56,324 nt of DNA, filler included, from Sphacelaria rigidula (GCA_964200075.2; 7 parts of 7 records of this genome joined end to end with filler, not necessarily neighbours in it), one strand, 5' to 3'; shown: positions 11,388-24,372, counted from the first letter of the whole stretch. Notes: generated by a model not told the origin, from the sequence alone. Translations and numbers: made by a program.

Positions 11388-14300
11388 GGGGGCGTACTCA
11401 TTTGTTGCTCGCCTTTGTCGTTTGACCATTGACTACGCACCCCCTTCGAGATGGAGCACCGTTCCTACTCTTGGTAGAGACACCTCCAACATTTGGGCAC
11501 TGATTACGTTTCTTCCATATATTACACAAAAACCTTTCAACCTTTCACATATCTTATGCCGTTCCAAACTCGCTCTCTGTGGCCATCTATCTCCTAGTAT
11601 ACTGACGTAAGTGTTGGGTTGAGTTTCCCCTTCCGTCAACGAAAAACAAAAACTCCTAGTATACCCATGTTTTTCTCGCTACTGTTTTAATGTATCAAAC
11701 GATTCCATGCTACCTTCGCATGCTACCTTCGTTTACTTCCCACATTTTCCCCTCCAAACATCCCGTTCCTCCTTCTATAGTTCACATTTCGCCACTAAAT
11801 GAGTTCTGCCCTCTATTGTTTTGCCACAAAGGCAATTCTGTCCATCTACTTCCTTGTCCACTCGACTACTGGCATACCTCTTCCTCTCTGGCAGGTCCAG
11901 GTCTCCTACTCGAAATCACAGTTTCGGTTGATTTCTCTATTGCTTTACCACATAGGCAATTCTGTCCATCTACTTCTTTGTCCACTCGACTACTGGCATA
12001 CCTCTTCCTCCCTTGTGGCAGGTCCAGGTCTCCTACTCGAGATCGCAGTTTCGGTTGATTTTTTTCGCCACGTCCATTGGGTCATGCAGATATGCTTTCA
12101 TCCCCATTCCCTCTCTCAATCCCCCGTATACCTTCAAGTGTTCTTCCTCGTCTTCTCTTTGTCTTAGCGCTTCTTTTCCCCTTGTTTCTAGCATGTCTCT
12201 TGTTTTTGTCTTGTACCCCCTCATTTACATATGGACATGCTGTCTTGGTTTCGTCCTATCTCCTTCCATACATTACGATGCTATCCCACCTTTTCCAACC
12301 TGCCATTTCGTCACTTTCTGCCATACAGCCCTTTGAACTATGGCTGGGAATATCTTTCATAGTAGGCTCCATTGTCATTTCAATTTTCTCATACATCTAC
12401 TTGTTCCAAGTGGGTACGATTCCAACTCTGCTTTCAATGCTGCAGTACTCGCTGAGCGTCCGGATATTTTCTTGGCTGCTGCCATCCATGCAGTTTTCAA
12501 CTCATTCACCGACTCCGCGTTTCCTCCCATACTTCTCCTTCATGTTCCAGCGTCGGTAAATCACATTCACCAAAGTACATCTCTTGATTCTAGTAATTAG
12601 GTATGAATCTCGCCGGATCACGTCCATCTTGCCTATCTGTGCCTTGAGCAAGGCTACGGTAGGGATCGCACTTTTTGTTCCTGGGTCTCTTTTTTGTAGG
12701 AGCCCAAATGTATGGAGCTTACTGTGCAACCTAAATCTCCGGGGACCGGACTCCCAGAAACATGGTGTTTGCACGCAGGGGTATTTTCGTGTGAATTGCC
12801 ATCACTCAGTCTTTTTCACGTAAAAATAATACCGATTCTCAAAATGATCCGCCCAACACCCCAAGCAGCCCCGAGAAACGTTTTCGCTAAAACAGTGCAA
12901 CCCCTGGCGTAGCATCGCTCCCTTACCCTTTTCTATTGCTTTATTTATGTGTACATCCCAAGAACAAGTTTCTCGAGATCTCTCCGTCGCGCTATGTATT
13001 CTGGTCTACGATCGGCAGTTCCTCTTCTCCCCACTTCCACTTGAACTCTACAGGGTTTTCTTTATCTTCGTTACATACGAGTACCGCGCACTTATCCACG
13101 TTCGCTGTCAATCTCCATTTTCTACAAAAATGTATCCTAGCGCCTTTTGCTTCTGCAATCCTTCTGGGGTTTCTGATATCCCCACGAAATCATTCGTGAG
13201 CATCAATCCCGATACCGTATCTTCCCCCACCTTGACTCCTTGCTTTGCTTCTTCTATCACTATCATCACGTCATCAATAAATACTTTGAATAAAATGGGT
13301 GATAGCCTACATCCTTGTGCAACTCGTGAAATAACTTTTGGCACATTCTGTGATCTTCTTCACCATTCTTCACAATTTTCCTCTGATCCCAGTTTCCCAC
13401 GATTTTTCCCTCAGCCTATTTCTCCATACCGTATCATAGGCTTTTTGTACTTGTAGAAAGAAACAGTACGTTGTCAGCCCGGCGTCTTTCCTACCTTGAA
13501 TAATCTCACCTAATGGGTACACATGGTCTAATCAGCTACAGTCTGGTGTAAAACCTGCTTGCTCCGCGCTGATTTCCTCTTCCTTTTTTAGCATCGTTCG
13601 CACTCGATCATTCAGAATCTTCCAGAACGTTTTCCCTATGCTCAGTAGCGTTATTCTTCTATAACTTCCTGGGATCAACCATGTCTCCTTTCTTCGAAAG
13701 TTTCTTCGAAAGTTTCTTCGAAAGGTTTACTACTACTCCTTCCCTTCGTCTTTTGAGTGTGTACTCGTTTCCGATCTCCAATTATACGGCACAACGATCA
13801 TGGTAACCATTCCTTCTCCCCGGTACTTGAGAAATTCATTCACTACTTCGTCTGCCTCTGCTGCCGTTTTGCTCTTCACTTGAGCTACACACCCCTTTGT
13901 TTTTTGTTTAGCTACAATTTCTTCGAGGCCACTATTCTCCCGCGTTGATGCCTCTACATTTGCCTCTACCCACGCGTTGAGTTCTTTCTCGAGTTCCATG
14001 TCGAACCTTTCGTTAGGTTTTGGAGTTCCTACTTCACGATGTACTTCTCTCTTCCGCCTCGAGCTACTAATCAATCTACCGTTGTGTGCTCGTAGTGCGA
14101 CCATCCACTTATCTATCTTTTTTACCTGTTTTCCCATCATCCCTTTTATCCCTGCCCATATTTGCTTTGTCCCGCCATCGAGACCTTCATTTGTTGTATT
14201 CACTACATATTTCCGTATTCCCTTCTTCTCCTCTCTACCATCGTTTTTACTTCATTTCGAGCTCTAGCATACTACTTCCATCCTACCATAGTTGTACTCG

Positions 14301-15800
14301 ATATACATCTTGCGTGTGCCTCTCGCCTTACTTTGATATTCTTTTTCACTTCTTCATTCCACCATTTTACTGCTCTGCTGCATACGATCAGTTTCTTCCG
14401 GATGACTATACTGACCAATTGCCCCCATCCTTCTACAACCTACTCTCCTGCCCGATCCCTTACCATTTTGGTATTAACTGTACCTACGTTTTCCAACCGC
14501 TCGGAAAATTTCACCGCATTTTTCATCATTTCTTCTTGAAACACTGTTTTCCCTAGTTCATCTATTCTCTATTCGTACAATTTCCTACCCCGCCAACTTC
14601 TTATAGCTGTCGTCCCGTGGATGTCTATCCATTTGAAGCAATGATCTGCAGTTCTCACGTCCTCTGTACATACATATAGTTTCATGTCCTCACTATTGTC
14701 GTACTCTACACTATATAGTCAAGAATGCAGATTTCTGTCTTCTTCCCTTTGCGTTGTCGAGCCCATGTATATGGCGCCTTCGGCTTGTGTGCTTTTTTGT
14801 TTAGCGTCATCTCGTTATTCTCAAGAAACTTCAGCATCTCTACCCTATTCGCATTCTTCTTCTCTTCCCCGTATTGCCCGATGATATCATCCGGTTGACT
14901 TATTTTTTCCAACTCTTGCGAAAAATTGTACCACTAACAAAACTTCCACTTGTCTTTTATATTTTTGTACATTTGCTGCTCTCTCTTCAAACCTCCTCTG
15001 TACATCGTTCACCCTACTCTTCCATTCTGGGGCATATATAGATGTTCCCTTCGAGAAGTAATTCGTTCCCCGCTCCCCCGGTACCCTTATCCGTATGGTC
15101 TCGTCGGATTTTGTGTCTTTGATCACGTCTATGATGTCCACAGATATGCCTCACTCCCTTCCGCCTTTTCCTTATCCATGCGTACTCTCCAATTTGTATT
15201 CTATGTGCACACTCTCCTCCTCCCATGACTCTTGAATTCCAACTACATCTAGGTCGCGCTTACTTCCTTGTTCGGCCATCTCCTTTCTTTTGCCCTCGTC
15301 TGTGGCGAATCCACACACGTTCCTCGATCCTATTCTCAACTTCCTTTTCGAATCACTATCCATTCTCCTGTTGTCCGTTGTTTTCTCTCCGTCGTTGTTA
15401 CTCCTTTTTTTCCCTTGCTTGAATTTTCTTCCCGTTTCCAGTTTGGTATTCCTATGTCTGCTTTGGGCTGCTATTTTCCCGCCCCTTTCTTCTCCGGGCA
15501 CTTGATTGTTTCTGCTTCTCCTTTCCTCCGTTTACGCGCGGACTACGTCTCAGGTTTGCTGTTCTATCGGCCGTGCATTTTCTCCATCCTGGCCTTCTAA
15601 CCCATGCCGACACGTTACTAGTCTTCATCCTTTCCGACTCCTTGCTTGCGCTCTGTTTTAGCGTGACTCGGAAGTGTTCTCCCTCCCTTTCTAATTCCCC
15701 GATTCTCGAACAGTATAGTCCTACTTCATCGCATTTCCTTCCGAATTCTATCACTACGGAATCCAAATACCAGCACTAGTAGTACTTTACCCGTCCACTC
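11388..15800 (-). mobile_element. Degenerate near-full-length non-LTR retrotransposon (APE endonuclease + RT + C-terminal Zn finger), family A
   Basis: APE motifs: RIGSRNVCG...DVVGIQESW, SIYAP, ILDYIV. RT motifs: RVAQGCRLSPILFKVFIDD and a decayed FADD (LTND). A C-terminal CxC...H...C motif lies at ~11830-11780. The 3' end is ATGAGTACG-CCCCC. There is a ~123-bp internal tandem duplication (11829-12060) and many frameshifts. Confidence 0.9.
11603..11652 (+). mobile_element. 50-bp A-tailed retroposed insertion with 12-bp TSD
   Basis: CTCCTAGTATAC is duplicated at 11591-11602 and 11653-11664. The insert ends GAAAAACAAAAA. Confidence 0.75.
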
Positions 15801-16022
15801 TTTACTTTCCACCCACCCTTCCTTACCGTCTCTCTCACGATCTCTTCCGAGAGTATCTCCACCTTATTTCATTTAACTTTCGAAGTGGGATCTAGCCAAG
15901 GTACTCACACACTTTGAACCCCTCCCCTCCCTCGGCATGAGCCCGTGGTCTCGAGGGATCAACCCATCTCTCCCCCGGTACGCGCCTTTCATGTTGGTCT
16001 CGCGGATTGGGTCAGCACTCCC

Positions 16023-16122
16023 NNNNNNNNNNNNNNNNNNNNNNNNNNNNNNNNNNNNNNNNNNNNTTAATTAATTAANNNNNNNNNNNNNNNNNNNNNN
16101 NNNNNNNNNNNNNNNNNNNNNN
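16023..16122. other. Artificial contig linker
   Basis: N44-TTAATTAATTAA-N44. Confidence 0.98.
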
Positions 16123-17375
16123 GTGCAAGACAGATATGCCACTTCAGCCCCATATTTTGTATGAACCCCAAAATATAAAATCGGATGTTAAGTGATGATA
16201 CCAGGTCTCAGCCTTAAGGTCAGCATGCCGGTGCGTAAAGTACGAGAACGGACGGTGTCTGCAGCCAACGTGAAGAAATTTCATGTGCGCCCAGAACAGC
16301 TGCGGCACTCATTTACAGACGAGTACTCTCAGTTAGCTTGGGGGGCTGATTTGGGGTTGGCCGAGGACATTACGTCCACCCCACAACTGTACACATTGAT
16401 GGATAGGAAAGTGGTGCTAAGCTCAGGATCGTCGTGGGAGTGGGAATATCGGGGCTTATTTCACGACGGAGCTGAATCACACTGGCTTTTAGCGGAGGAG
16501 GTTTTGGACAGTTTCACTGGGTTTCAGTTGGACGTGTCTCATGCCTTGTGGGAACTACATCACCCGCAGACCAAACCACGTTTATCTGTCACACCATCTC
16601 GAGCAGAAAGAGACTCGATTGCTTGGGATGAAGCGTTGCGGCAGATCCCCCAAGGGACCAAGATTCGTAAACGGTTTACGGACAGCTGAGATGAGCAACA
16701 GGAGTTCGACGGGGTGGTTTCCGATTTCCGTCAACCGTATTCTCGTATCAAGTAGGGGGATGGGGACTGGGAAGAGATGACGCAGCTACAGGTACGAAAA
16801 TACATGGTGGAGGTGAAAGATACCGAGACAGTTCCCGGGTCAAACTGAAGGAAGTAAGGGGGTTGTTTCTGTACGGTGTTTAAATTCCATACGTGGTCTA
16901 ACCCGGCAAAATAGTCAACAAGATTGAGAACTTCTCCGGACTGGATGGAATAGTTCCTGCACGGTGTTCAAATTCCCTACGTAGTCTAACCCGGCAGGAC
17001 GGTTACCAAGATCGACGGCTACACGAAGCAACGCCAATTACTCGGGAAAGAGGAACATGGTGACGAGGCGATCCATCGTCGAACCACGTTCAGTCCCAGG
17101 GTTTTTCAACCCTAGGCCTGAGGGGGGGTCTTATGGATCGTGGCGTCAGTGGTGGTAGGGCAGTACGATGATGGGCCCATCGATTTAATGCTCAAAAGTC
17201 CCTGAGGGCTGACTGCGGGAATTGGCAGTGTGCCGCAGTCAGGGGTGAGGATGTTTGGCCCCGTTTGTGGCGGTTACATAATCATGCCTCTTATATCCAG
17301 CTTGAACTTGCTCCTTGCGAATCTAATCTCAGCTGGTACCCTGGTTTTCAGACCTTACGAAGGAAGCATTTAACA
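16123..17375 (+). mobile_element. 3' end of a Ty3/Gypsy element: Pol C-terminus, PPT and 3' LTR
   Basis: ORF 16192-16689 continues in frame through two stops to 16848. It carries a chromodomain-like segment (WEYRGLFHDGAESHW) and a Tudor-like segment (GTKIRKRF...FDGVV...GDGDWEEM). The PPT GAAGGAAGTAAGGGGG lies at ~16847-16862. The LTR runs TG(16864)...CA(17375) and is homologous to 5181-5760. Confidence 0.8.
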
Positions 17376-18138
17376 GCGGATCCTGAAAAAATGGGGTCGA
17401 TCTCAATAATGAGGTTCAAGTGGCATATCGTTTCTGCAGGGATGACGCGAAACAGTAACACAGAGCGAAACTATACTTCCCCCAAAACTCTGCAACTGTG
17501 AGTCATCAGTTGTGGCTACATGCACCGAACGACCCCGGTGTGCACGCGTATCGTTGACGATATCACCAGAGAGAGAAGCAACGACAGAGAGGAAGCTCCT
17601 CACCCGTGTCCTTTGTGTGTCCTCGCTGGGCGACCACCAATCGCTCGAGAGACTGGCAGCATGCATGTTACCAGAACGTACCGAATGTCTCATGTGCCGG
17701 TAGGTATCCCCGAAGACGATCAAGCTGCGGAGAGATGTCGTCTCTTCTTGTCTCTGGAGGTCACCAATGCGAAGATCGATTTCTCTCTGCCTCTCGTTTT
17801 GGACAGGACGCACCTCTGTGCGCTGAAAAACAGGGCAATGTTCCCGTCACCGCTACCACTGTTCTCTGTCACACACATGCCAGCAAGGACGGTGCGCTGC
17901 GGCAAATACCAGATTATCCTATTTGAACTTGGGGGGGGCGGGGGGGGGGGGGGGGGGGAGGGGGTGGTTAGATTTTCACGGGCAATCGTTAGCCCCCTGG
18001 GGCCGGCCCAAACAAACCCGCCCCAGTCCGGCTGNNNNNNNNNNGAGCCGGGGGTGAGCCGCGTATCGATCGTTGATTTTACCCTGGCATATCTGACCAC
18101 CATGGCGCCCGACCACAAGAGCCTGCCACAGGCCAGTT

Positions 18139-18207
<69 letters not shown>

Positions 18208-18982
18208 TATCAAACACCTGTGGAGACCTTCTTGACATGCGGAGTGAAGAAAGATACCTACAGTGGTGACCTAACTGTTGCTAGCGTGGTGCAGAGGGGT
18301 GAGTCAGCTGCAATCTGGAGCTTTCGTTGCTCTACTCTACTGACTCCCGTCTGCAGAGCGTCTGCCGGGAGCGGGTCGCACACGGTAAAAACATGCTGTT
18401 ATGTACCCAAATTCGGAACACCAATGGAAACAAACCAGTTCGTTTTTCAAAGTACGTTCACATGATTGAAATTACTGTTGTTGTTACCCGAGGGAAAGTG
18501 TCCGCTTCGGGTTCGTTCAACGTTCGAAGATACTCTCGAACACAGCACTATCAAACTCTGTTGGCCTTGGCATCCGCCAATCAGTACAGTACAGAATACA
18601 AATCGACAGTTTAGCGTTCTTATTAGAAAGCAACGGGCACAAAACTGTTTGCAGGTAGGAAAGCGGGGATTTTCATACGCGAGAAACTCTGTGTTCCCCC
18701 GTGGCCGTTACATTCCCTCCCAAAAACTCTGCCGTCCTTCTTTCACACCTGGCGGGGGGACGGGGAAGCCGCAGTTCCTCAGGTAGCAAGAGTCATTTCA
18801 ATCATCATGTGGACGTACTTTGAAAAACGAACTGGTTTGTTTCCATTGGTGTTCCGAATTTGGGTACATAACAGCATGTTGTTACCGTGTGTGACCCGCT
18901 CTCGGCAGACGCTCTGCAGACGGGAGTCAGTAGAGTAGAGTAACGAAAGCTCCAGATTGCAGCTGACTCACCCCTCTGCACC
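17372..18982 (+). mobile_element. Family C repeat ending in a fold-back with ~200-bp inverted arms
   Basis: Homologous to 4041-4815. The arms at 18288-~18500 and ~18770-18982 are near-perfect reverse complements. Confidence 0.75.
18141..18207. repeat. Compound microsatellite (TG)n(AG)n
   Basis: Visible directly in the sequence. Confidence 0.95.
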
Positions 18983-19081
18983 CGCTGAATGCATTGTTGG
19001 GGGGGTTTCAAATAGATTTTAGTGTGGACGCTATCTCCGTTAGGTATAGGAATAATTCCTAGACATGAGGGGAAAATCAAC

Positions 19082-19423
19082 GAGAAAAAGATTGGCTCAT
19101 GCTTTCGAGCAGATGGGCACCTTCCCCTTGGTTAGACGATTATTACAATATGAGGATCGTGGCCCAATACCTCGTCTGTGTCGATGAGATATTTCTTTGA
19201 GAGCTTAAATCCGTTCCTTGGCTGGCCCAGCTCGTGTATACTACTGTACATAGCGTTTAGTCAATAATGAGAAAATTGCCGCCCAGACTTTTGAGCAGAT
19301 GATTATCTTCCCCTTGATTAGACGATTAAGAACATGTGCGCATCACGGTTCAATTCGCCTGCGTCGATGAAATATGGCTATGAGGGCTTAAATCCGTTTG
19401 TGTTTAGGCTGGCCCAGCTCGTA
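19082..19423 (+). repeat. Diverged ~185-bp tandem duplication; dispersed family
   Basis: Both units end GCTTAAATCCGTT...GGCTGGCCCAGCTCGT. A reverse-complement copy lies at 48196-48265. Confidence 0.7.
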
Positions 19424-21337
19424 GTTATTGTACCTTGCTTGCTTCCTTTTCCCGTTCAAGAACAGCGAGAACAACCGGAAGAAAAAGAGGAAAATGGAAA
19501 ATGACTTCAGCATGTACTCGTCCAAGTACAGACAGTCATAGTATTCTGAACCAAGAGCGAGAAAAGGTTCGCGTCGTTCTTGCAAGCGTTCTTGCTCACC
19601 AGTACTTTGCACGGGGCTGCCTTGAGTTGCATCGGATCATCACTGCTGCCTACGAAGCAGCAGCAACACTATGGCTGAGGCTAAAATATCAGTAGCGGGG
19701 CATACCCACTGTGTCGTCTGCGTGGAAGAGATTGATGGTGTCGAACGTCTCCATGCACTTGGGCACTGCAACCATCTGGGCGTGTGCAGGTGGGTTCGGT
19801 ACTGACTGGGTGCAACAACGTGCTCTGCAATCATGCACCACATTGTCATCGCGGCACTTGGGTCGACATTGGAGGGCTTCCATCGGCATATTCTCATGCC
19901 TGAGATCTACAGTAGAGGCCGTGTGAGAAGGTTGATTTTGACGAATGTGTCGGAGTAATCACATACTCGTAGTAGCATAGCATACGTGAGCGGATTGGGA
20001 GCTACCGGGGATGCTTGCGGTGTAAAACACCCCCCGGTGATGCAATTTGAAATATCCTCGTGTGCTCGAAAGGGAACAGCCTGCACTACCGAAAGGTATA
20101 GGTACACTTTCACGATCCATGAGATTTCGTTCAGAGATGTTGTAAGTTTCAAGTCCCAATCTTGCTCGTAGGATACCGTGGATTCCTCGAAATCGAGATT
20201 GATGGGTGTTGGAACATATGTGGTACGGATTCGGTGAAGATGCGCTACGATGCTGGTTCAAAGACGTATGTTTCGAGTTTCAGTGTCGGGCAGACCATGC
20301 CGTGGATTCCTCGAAATTGAGATCGACAGTTTTGCAACCAACCAGGTGTTATTGGATTCGTTGAAGATGCGCCACGATGTTGCCAGCACCATGTTGCATG
20401 TGAGTGGTCCGATGTCGGCCGTCCTCTGGCTGACATCGATAGCGCATACCGAGACAACCATACAAGTATTAGTATAGTAGCTGCGGGAAAGGGATGTCTG
20501 TACGCGTGGGGATGGGCACCTGTGTGAAGCAGGCCGGCAACCGTTATAAAATAGGAGCGATGCGCTTATCAAGGCTAGAACGGCAGCAGCATAGACAGGG
20601 CGAGGGCATGTATTCGCTTATACGACGGTCTCACCTATCAAGTAAAGGTGCAACGCAGGAACGTATCGACACGTCGGACGAATAGAGCCATGAGTGGTCC
20701 ATATTAAACTTTCGCGCGAATTAATCACGCGATTCGTGAAGAAATTTGATCCCTACATGTGTGGGACTCATCGACTGTTACGATCGACACAGTGGCCAGC
20801 TTCTACGGATCACCATCTAGCAAGTTGCGCTACGGTCTTTTTTTGTCTTTATACCCCGTACACCTTTTGTACTTCCATCGGTTTATTTGACAAAACATCG
20901 TCTTGTTTTCTGGGCGGTTCGTCGCCTGCACTCTATCGGACAACCCATGCATTTTGGAACGCGTAAAGGGCTACATTGCCCGAACAACACGTATCAACAC
21001 GTGTACAGCGGGCACGCATACTGCCCGAAGAATGATACTCGTATATGAAAGCGAAGAGTAAGGGTGTCTCAAGCTCGATGCACGTTATACATCAAACATA
21101 AATTGCCGTTAACCCTCGGACCGCTAGGGTAGGTTATCCGTTGAATGGAGTGGGCATCTGTAATGCCCGAACAAATACATATGTTGAACCGCACAACGGG
21201 CATGCATATCACGCGAACAAAACATTTATGTTGAAGCGAGCGCATAATATACCCCGTGATATAAACCTTCGATATTCACCCGACCTTGACTTGAACCCAG
21301 AGAAGGAGAGATTTTGACCTACTCGATGTACGAGGTG

Positions 21338-21410
21338 TCTCAAACTCGAGGTTCCCGGTAAATTTGACTGTTGATTACTGTGAAATATACCGGGAACGTC
21401 GAGTTTGAGA
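21338..21410. mobile_element. Tiny MITE (73 bp) with 23-bp TIR
   Basis: TCTCAAACTCGAGGTTCCCGGTA / TACCGGGAACGTCGAGTTTGAGA. A second copy lies at 22834-22910. Confidence 0.65.
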
Positions 21411-22833
21411 TCCTCTTTTTGGACGAAGGAGAAAAGAAACTCTCGGAAAGAAACTCTCGGAAAGAAACTCGTAATACACCGGCAATGTAGACCGTCAAAA
21501 CTGACGTTATTGGCTATGCAATATCTGTACTGCCAAGCCCGTACCTTGCATTTCCGGTACACTTCTGTGTCGCTGCGGCTGTACTGCACGTGTAAATATG
21601 CGTTAGCTTTGTACTCTCGGTACTGCCCTAACCGGCCCCTGCGTTATGAACAGTGTTGTATCTACTCGACTGTATACTGCGTGTACCGTTCAGAACGTGG
21701 GTGTATACTGCATGAACGGTGCAGTACGCAGCTGTATACTGCATGTACCGTTCAATGTGCTGCATATGCTTCTCGTGTTACATTATTATAGCTAGCTGGG
21801 TGAGCAGTCTGCACTGCTTCACGGTGGTGCTGGCTTGATTGCACCGCTGCTGCACCGTGCATGGTGTGTGCTGGGCTTACTGTTGTGTGCACCTGTACTC
21901 TATGCATTGTATGTGCAGCAGGTTGCACCGTCCTTGGAGTGAGCTTTTTTGTTAACGCTTTCACGACGAAGTTTGATATGTGTGCAACTAAGTAGAGCCG
22001 TGCGAATAAAATATCCAGCGGTATGTTGCCGCTGCACCGTACGGTGTTTGTGTTGTGTGTACTGTGCTGAGGGCAGATGTACTCCAATGTACTGTACTCT
22101 TTGTACTGCGTTCGCCCCGTCCTTCATTGGAGGTGTTTTTCGGCGGACCCTCCTTCCGACAAAAATGGATGATCCGAAAACAGTTCGATTGGACTCGAGA
22201 TTCGAACCGCAGAATTATCGCTCTTGTCTCGATTGCAGACCGCTCGCGATTCCTCAGTCACATCTTTTTGTCGAAGACTTCTAATAAGATCTTCTCCAAC
22301 CCTCGCTCCCCCTTACCCTTGCACCGTGAAACATTCTTCGCACCGCCAATATACTACCTTACGTCAGCCGGGGAGCGGAGCGCCCTCCGGCGCAACACCT
22401 GCCTTTCATGCATATGCACCGCTGCAACTGTGTGTTGTCCCGATTGTGAAAGATGTAGTGCCTCCTTCGGCGCAATGCCTTGTCTTTATGATATTCATAT
22501 GAAATTAGTTACATATGCATGCACATGCACCACTGCGACGTTGTATTGTCCCGATGGTGAACGGAGATGCGGCGCGGTGGTCAGGGAGCCGTTGCAATAT
22601 GGTACTCTAGAAGATAGACAATTACGTGGTGAAGAGGAAGAACGTCGGAGAGAAACTGTTGAAGTACAAGTATCATATCCGTGCCCAGTCCTCGGTGTAA
22701 ATGCTTTCATTGTCTTGTCACTGTACTGTTTTATGAAAATAAAGGTTTGCGGACACTGTCATATCTACTATTTTGTGGCATGTGCACGTGTATGTGCATA
22801 TGGGAGACATATCTCACAGCACGCCAATTGAGC

Positions 22834-22910
22834 TATCTTGAACCCGAGGTTCCCGATACATTTAACGGTAAGTTGCTGTTGAATTCACCGGGAACCTCGA
22901 GTTTGAGATA
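22834..22910. mobile_element. Tiny MITE, second copy, flanked by TA...TA
   Basis: Same TIR family as 21338-21410. The TA flanks fit a Tc1/mariner-type target duplication. Confidence 0.6.
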
Positions 22911-24083
22911 CTTCACTAACGCGTAGACCTGTGCCACCGCATCAGCTGTTTCGAAATGCAAGATGTATATCGCGTATATCGAACACTAAAGCTTGCGTAC
23001 TTCTATCTTGCGACGATGGCTGGATTCCTTGGATATCGATTAGTGTGCGATAGTCGATCACAAGTTCACCATCAACAGTGCTGCGCCTAAAAAATTCATG
23101 ATGAAAAATCGTCGGAACAAAATCCAACTTGTTTTGGCCCCGTTGCGTGCTGCTGCAGCGCGTAACTCGACATCTATGGGCATGAGGTTATTGACTGAGC
23201 TTCAGAGGACACGCGTGCAAAGTTTCAGCGAATCGCACCTCCAATAGCGCGCGTGCGGTTGTACCGAGTAGAATCAGGACCTGTACAGGCGATATTCCGA
23301 TGGAGATATCTGTGTGAAGTCATCATCCAGAGAGTACCCCGGTACAAATCGATATTGTTCGCCAGCGCAGGAGCCGCCCTGCAGCATATAATGTGGAAAC
23401 TCTTGCAACATCGTGTCCACATGACCTTTAACTCCTGGCGAACGAGGTTTCGTCCGTGAAGCTTGGTATTTGACGGCGTTTCTATCGTTTTACCAGAAGT
23501 TCGAGAATCACGGTTATCTTTTGCGATTACCTCAGTACGCAACGCCGCCTGGCACACTTGCTGCTTGAACTATGTCCAACCAGTATGCCAAGTTGCATAT
23601 CCAATCATGGAGGTAGGGTGGAGATTTTCTCCGTCAAAGTTGTTGTAAAACCATCGAAAACGGCGGTTCTGGAAATTTGCAAGATACAGCATGGGTTACT
23701 GTTGTAGTATGATACATACTGTAAGGTACTTTATTTTTATTTGGTGATGTTTCGTTTAGTTGTTCTTGTTCTTGTTTTAGTCTGAAGTCTCAGAAAATAT
23801 GACGAGAACTCCATGTCTTTCTTGCAGGGAATAGCAGGGATGGTATTGGAAAGACGGGCTCATGTCTGTGACCACGGGTTGGAGATATCGAACTGATGTG
23901 CGGGTACAATGAACAAACAGTTTGTTCGCTTCGCCGCTGTAAGGTCGCAAAGATTATTGCTTCCTTTGATGCGACTCATTCGGGCGTGTCTTTGCACTTT
24001 CTTTTTCGATCAAAAAAGTGCACGGATAGGACGAATCATCACGGGTTCGAATCACCAAATCCACGATTTTTCCGGCCTGATTG

Positions 24084-24183
24084 NNNNNNNNNNNNNNNNN
24101 NNNNNNNNNNNNNNNNNNNNNNNNNNNTTAATTAATTAANNNNNNNNNNNNNNNNNNNNNNNNNNNNNNNNNNNNNNNNNNNN
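24084..24183. other. Artificial contig linker
   Basis: N44-TTAATTAATTAA-N44. Confidence 0.98.
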
Positions 24184-24372
24184 CCGAACAATCTTGGCAG
24201 GATGCAGTTCACCCTTCGTGCGACTCGCCGAACACACCACGGCGGTTCGTGCTTGGTGGTTTGAGTGCAAGCCTGGTCCGGCAAAAACCCGGCGTGCTCC
24301 GCCCCGGCATTATAGGGATGCGAGGTCAAGATTATTATGACTATGGCATGCATGGTCATGAGTACACCCCCC
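24184..24372 (+). mobile_element. 3' end of LINE family B with poly(C) tail
   Basis: Reverse-complement homologue of 10880-11065. It ends GGTCATGAGTACA-CCCCCCC. Confidence 0.75.

Noticed and set aside
17520..18269. 249-aa ORF
   Set aside because: It runs through a repeat, poly-G, an N gap and a microsatellite, and the frame is not maintained consistently across family C copies.
22055..23560. 258-aa Cys-rich ORF and neighbouring ORFs
   Set aside because: No recognisable domain or consistent splice chain. The Cys richness comes from TG/CA-rich low-complexity DNA.
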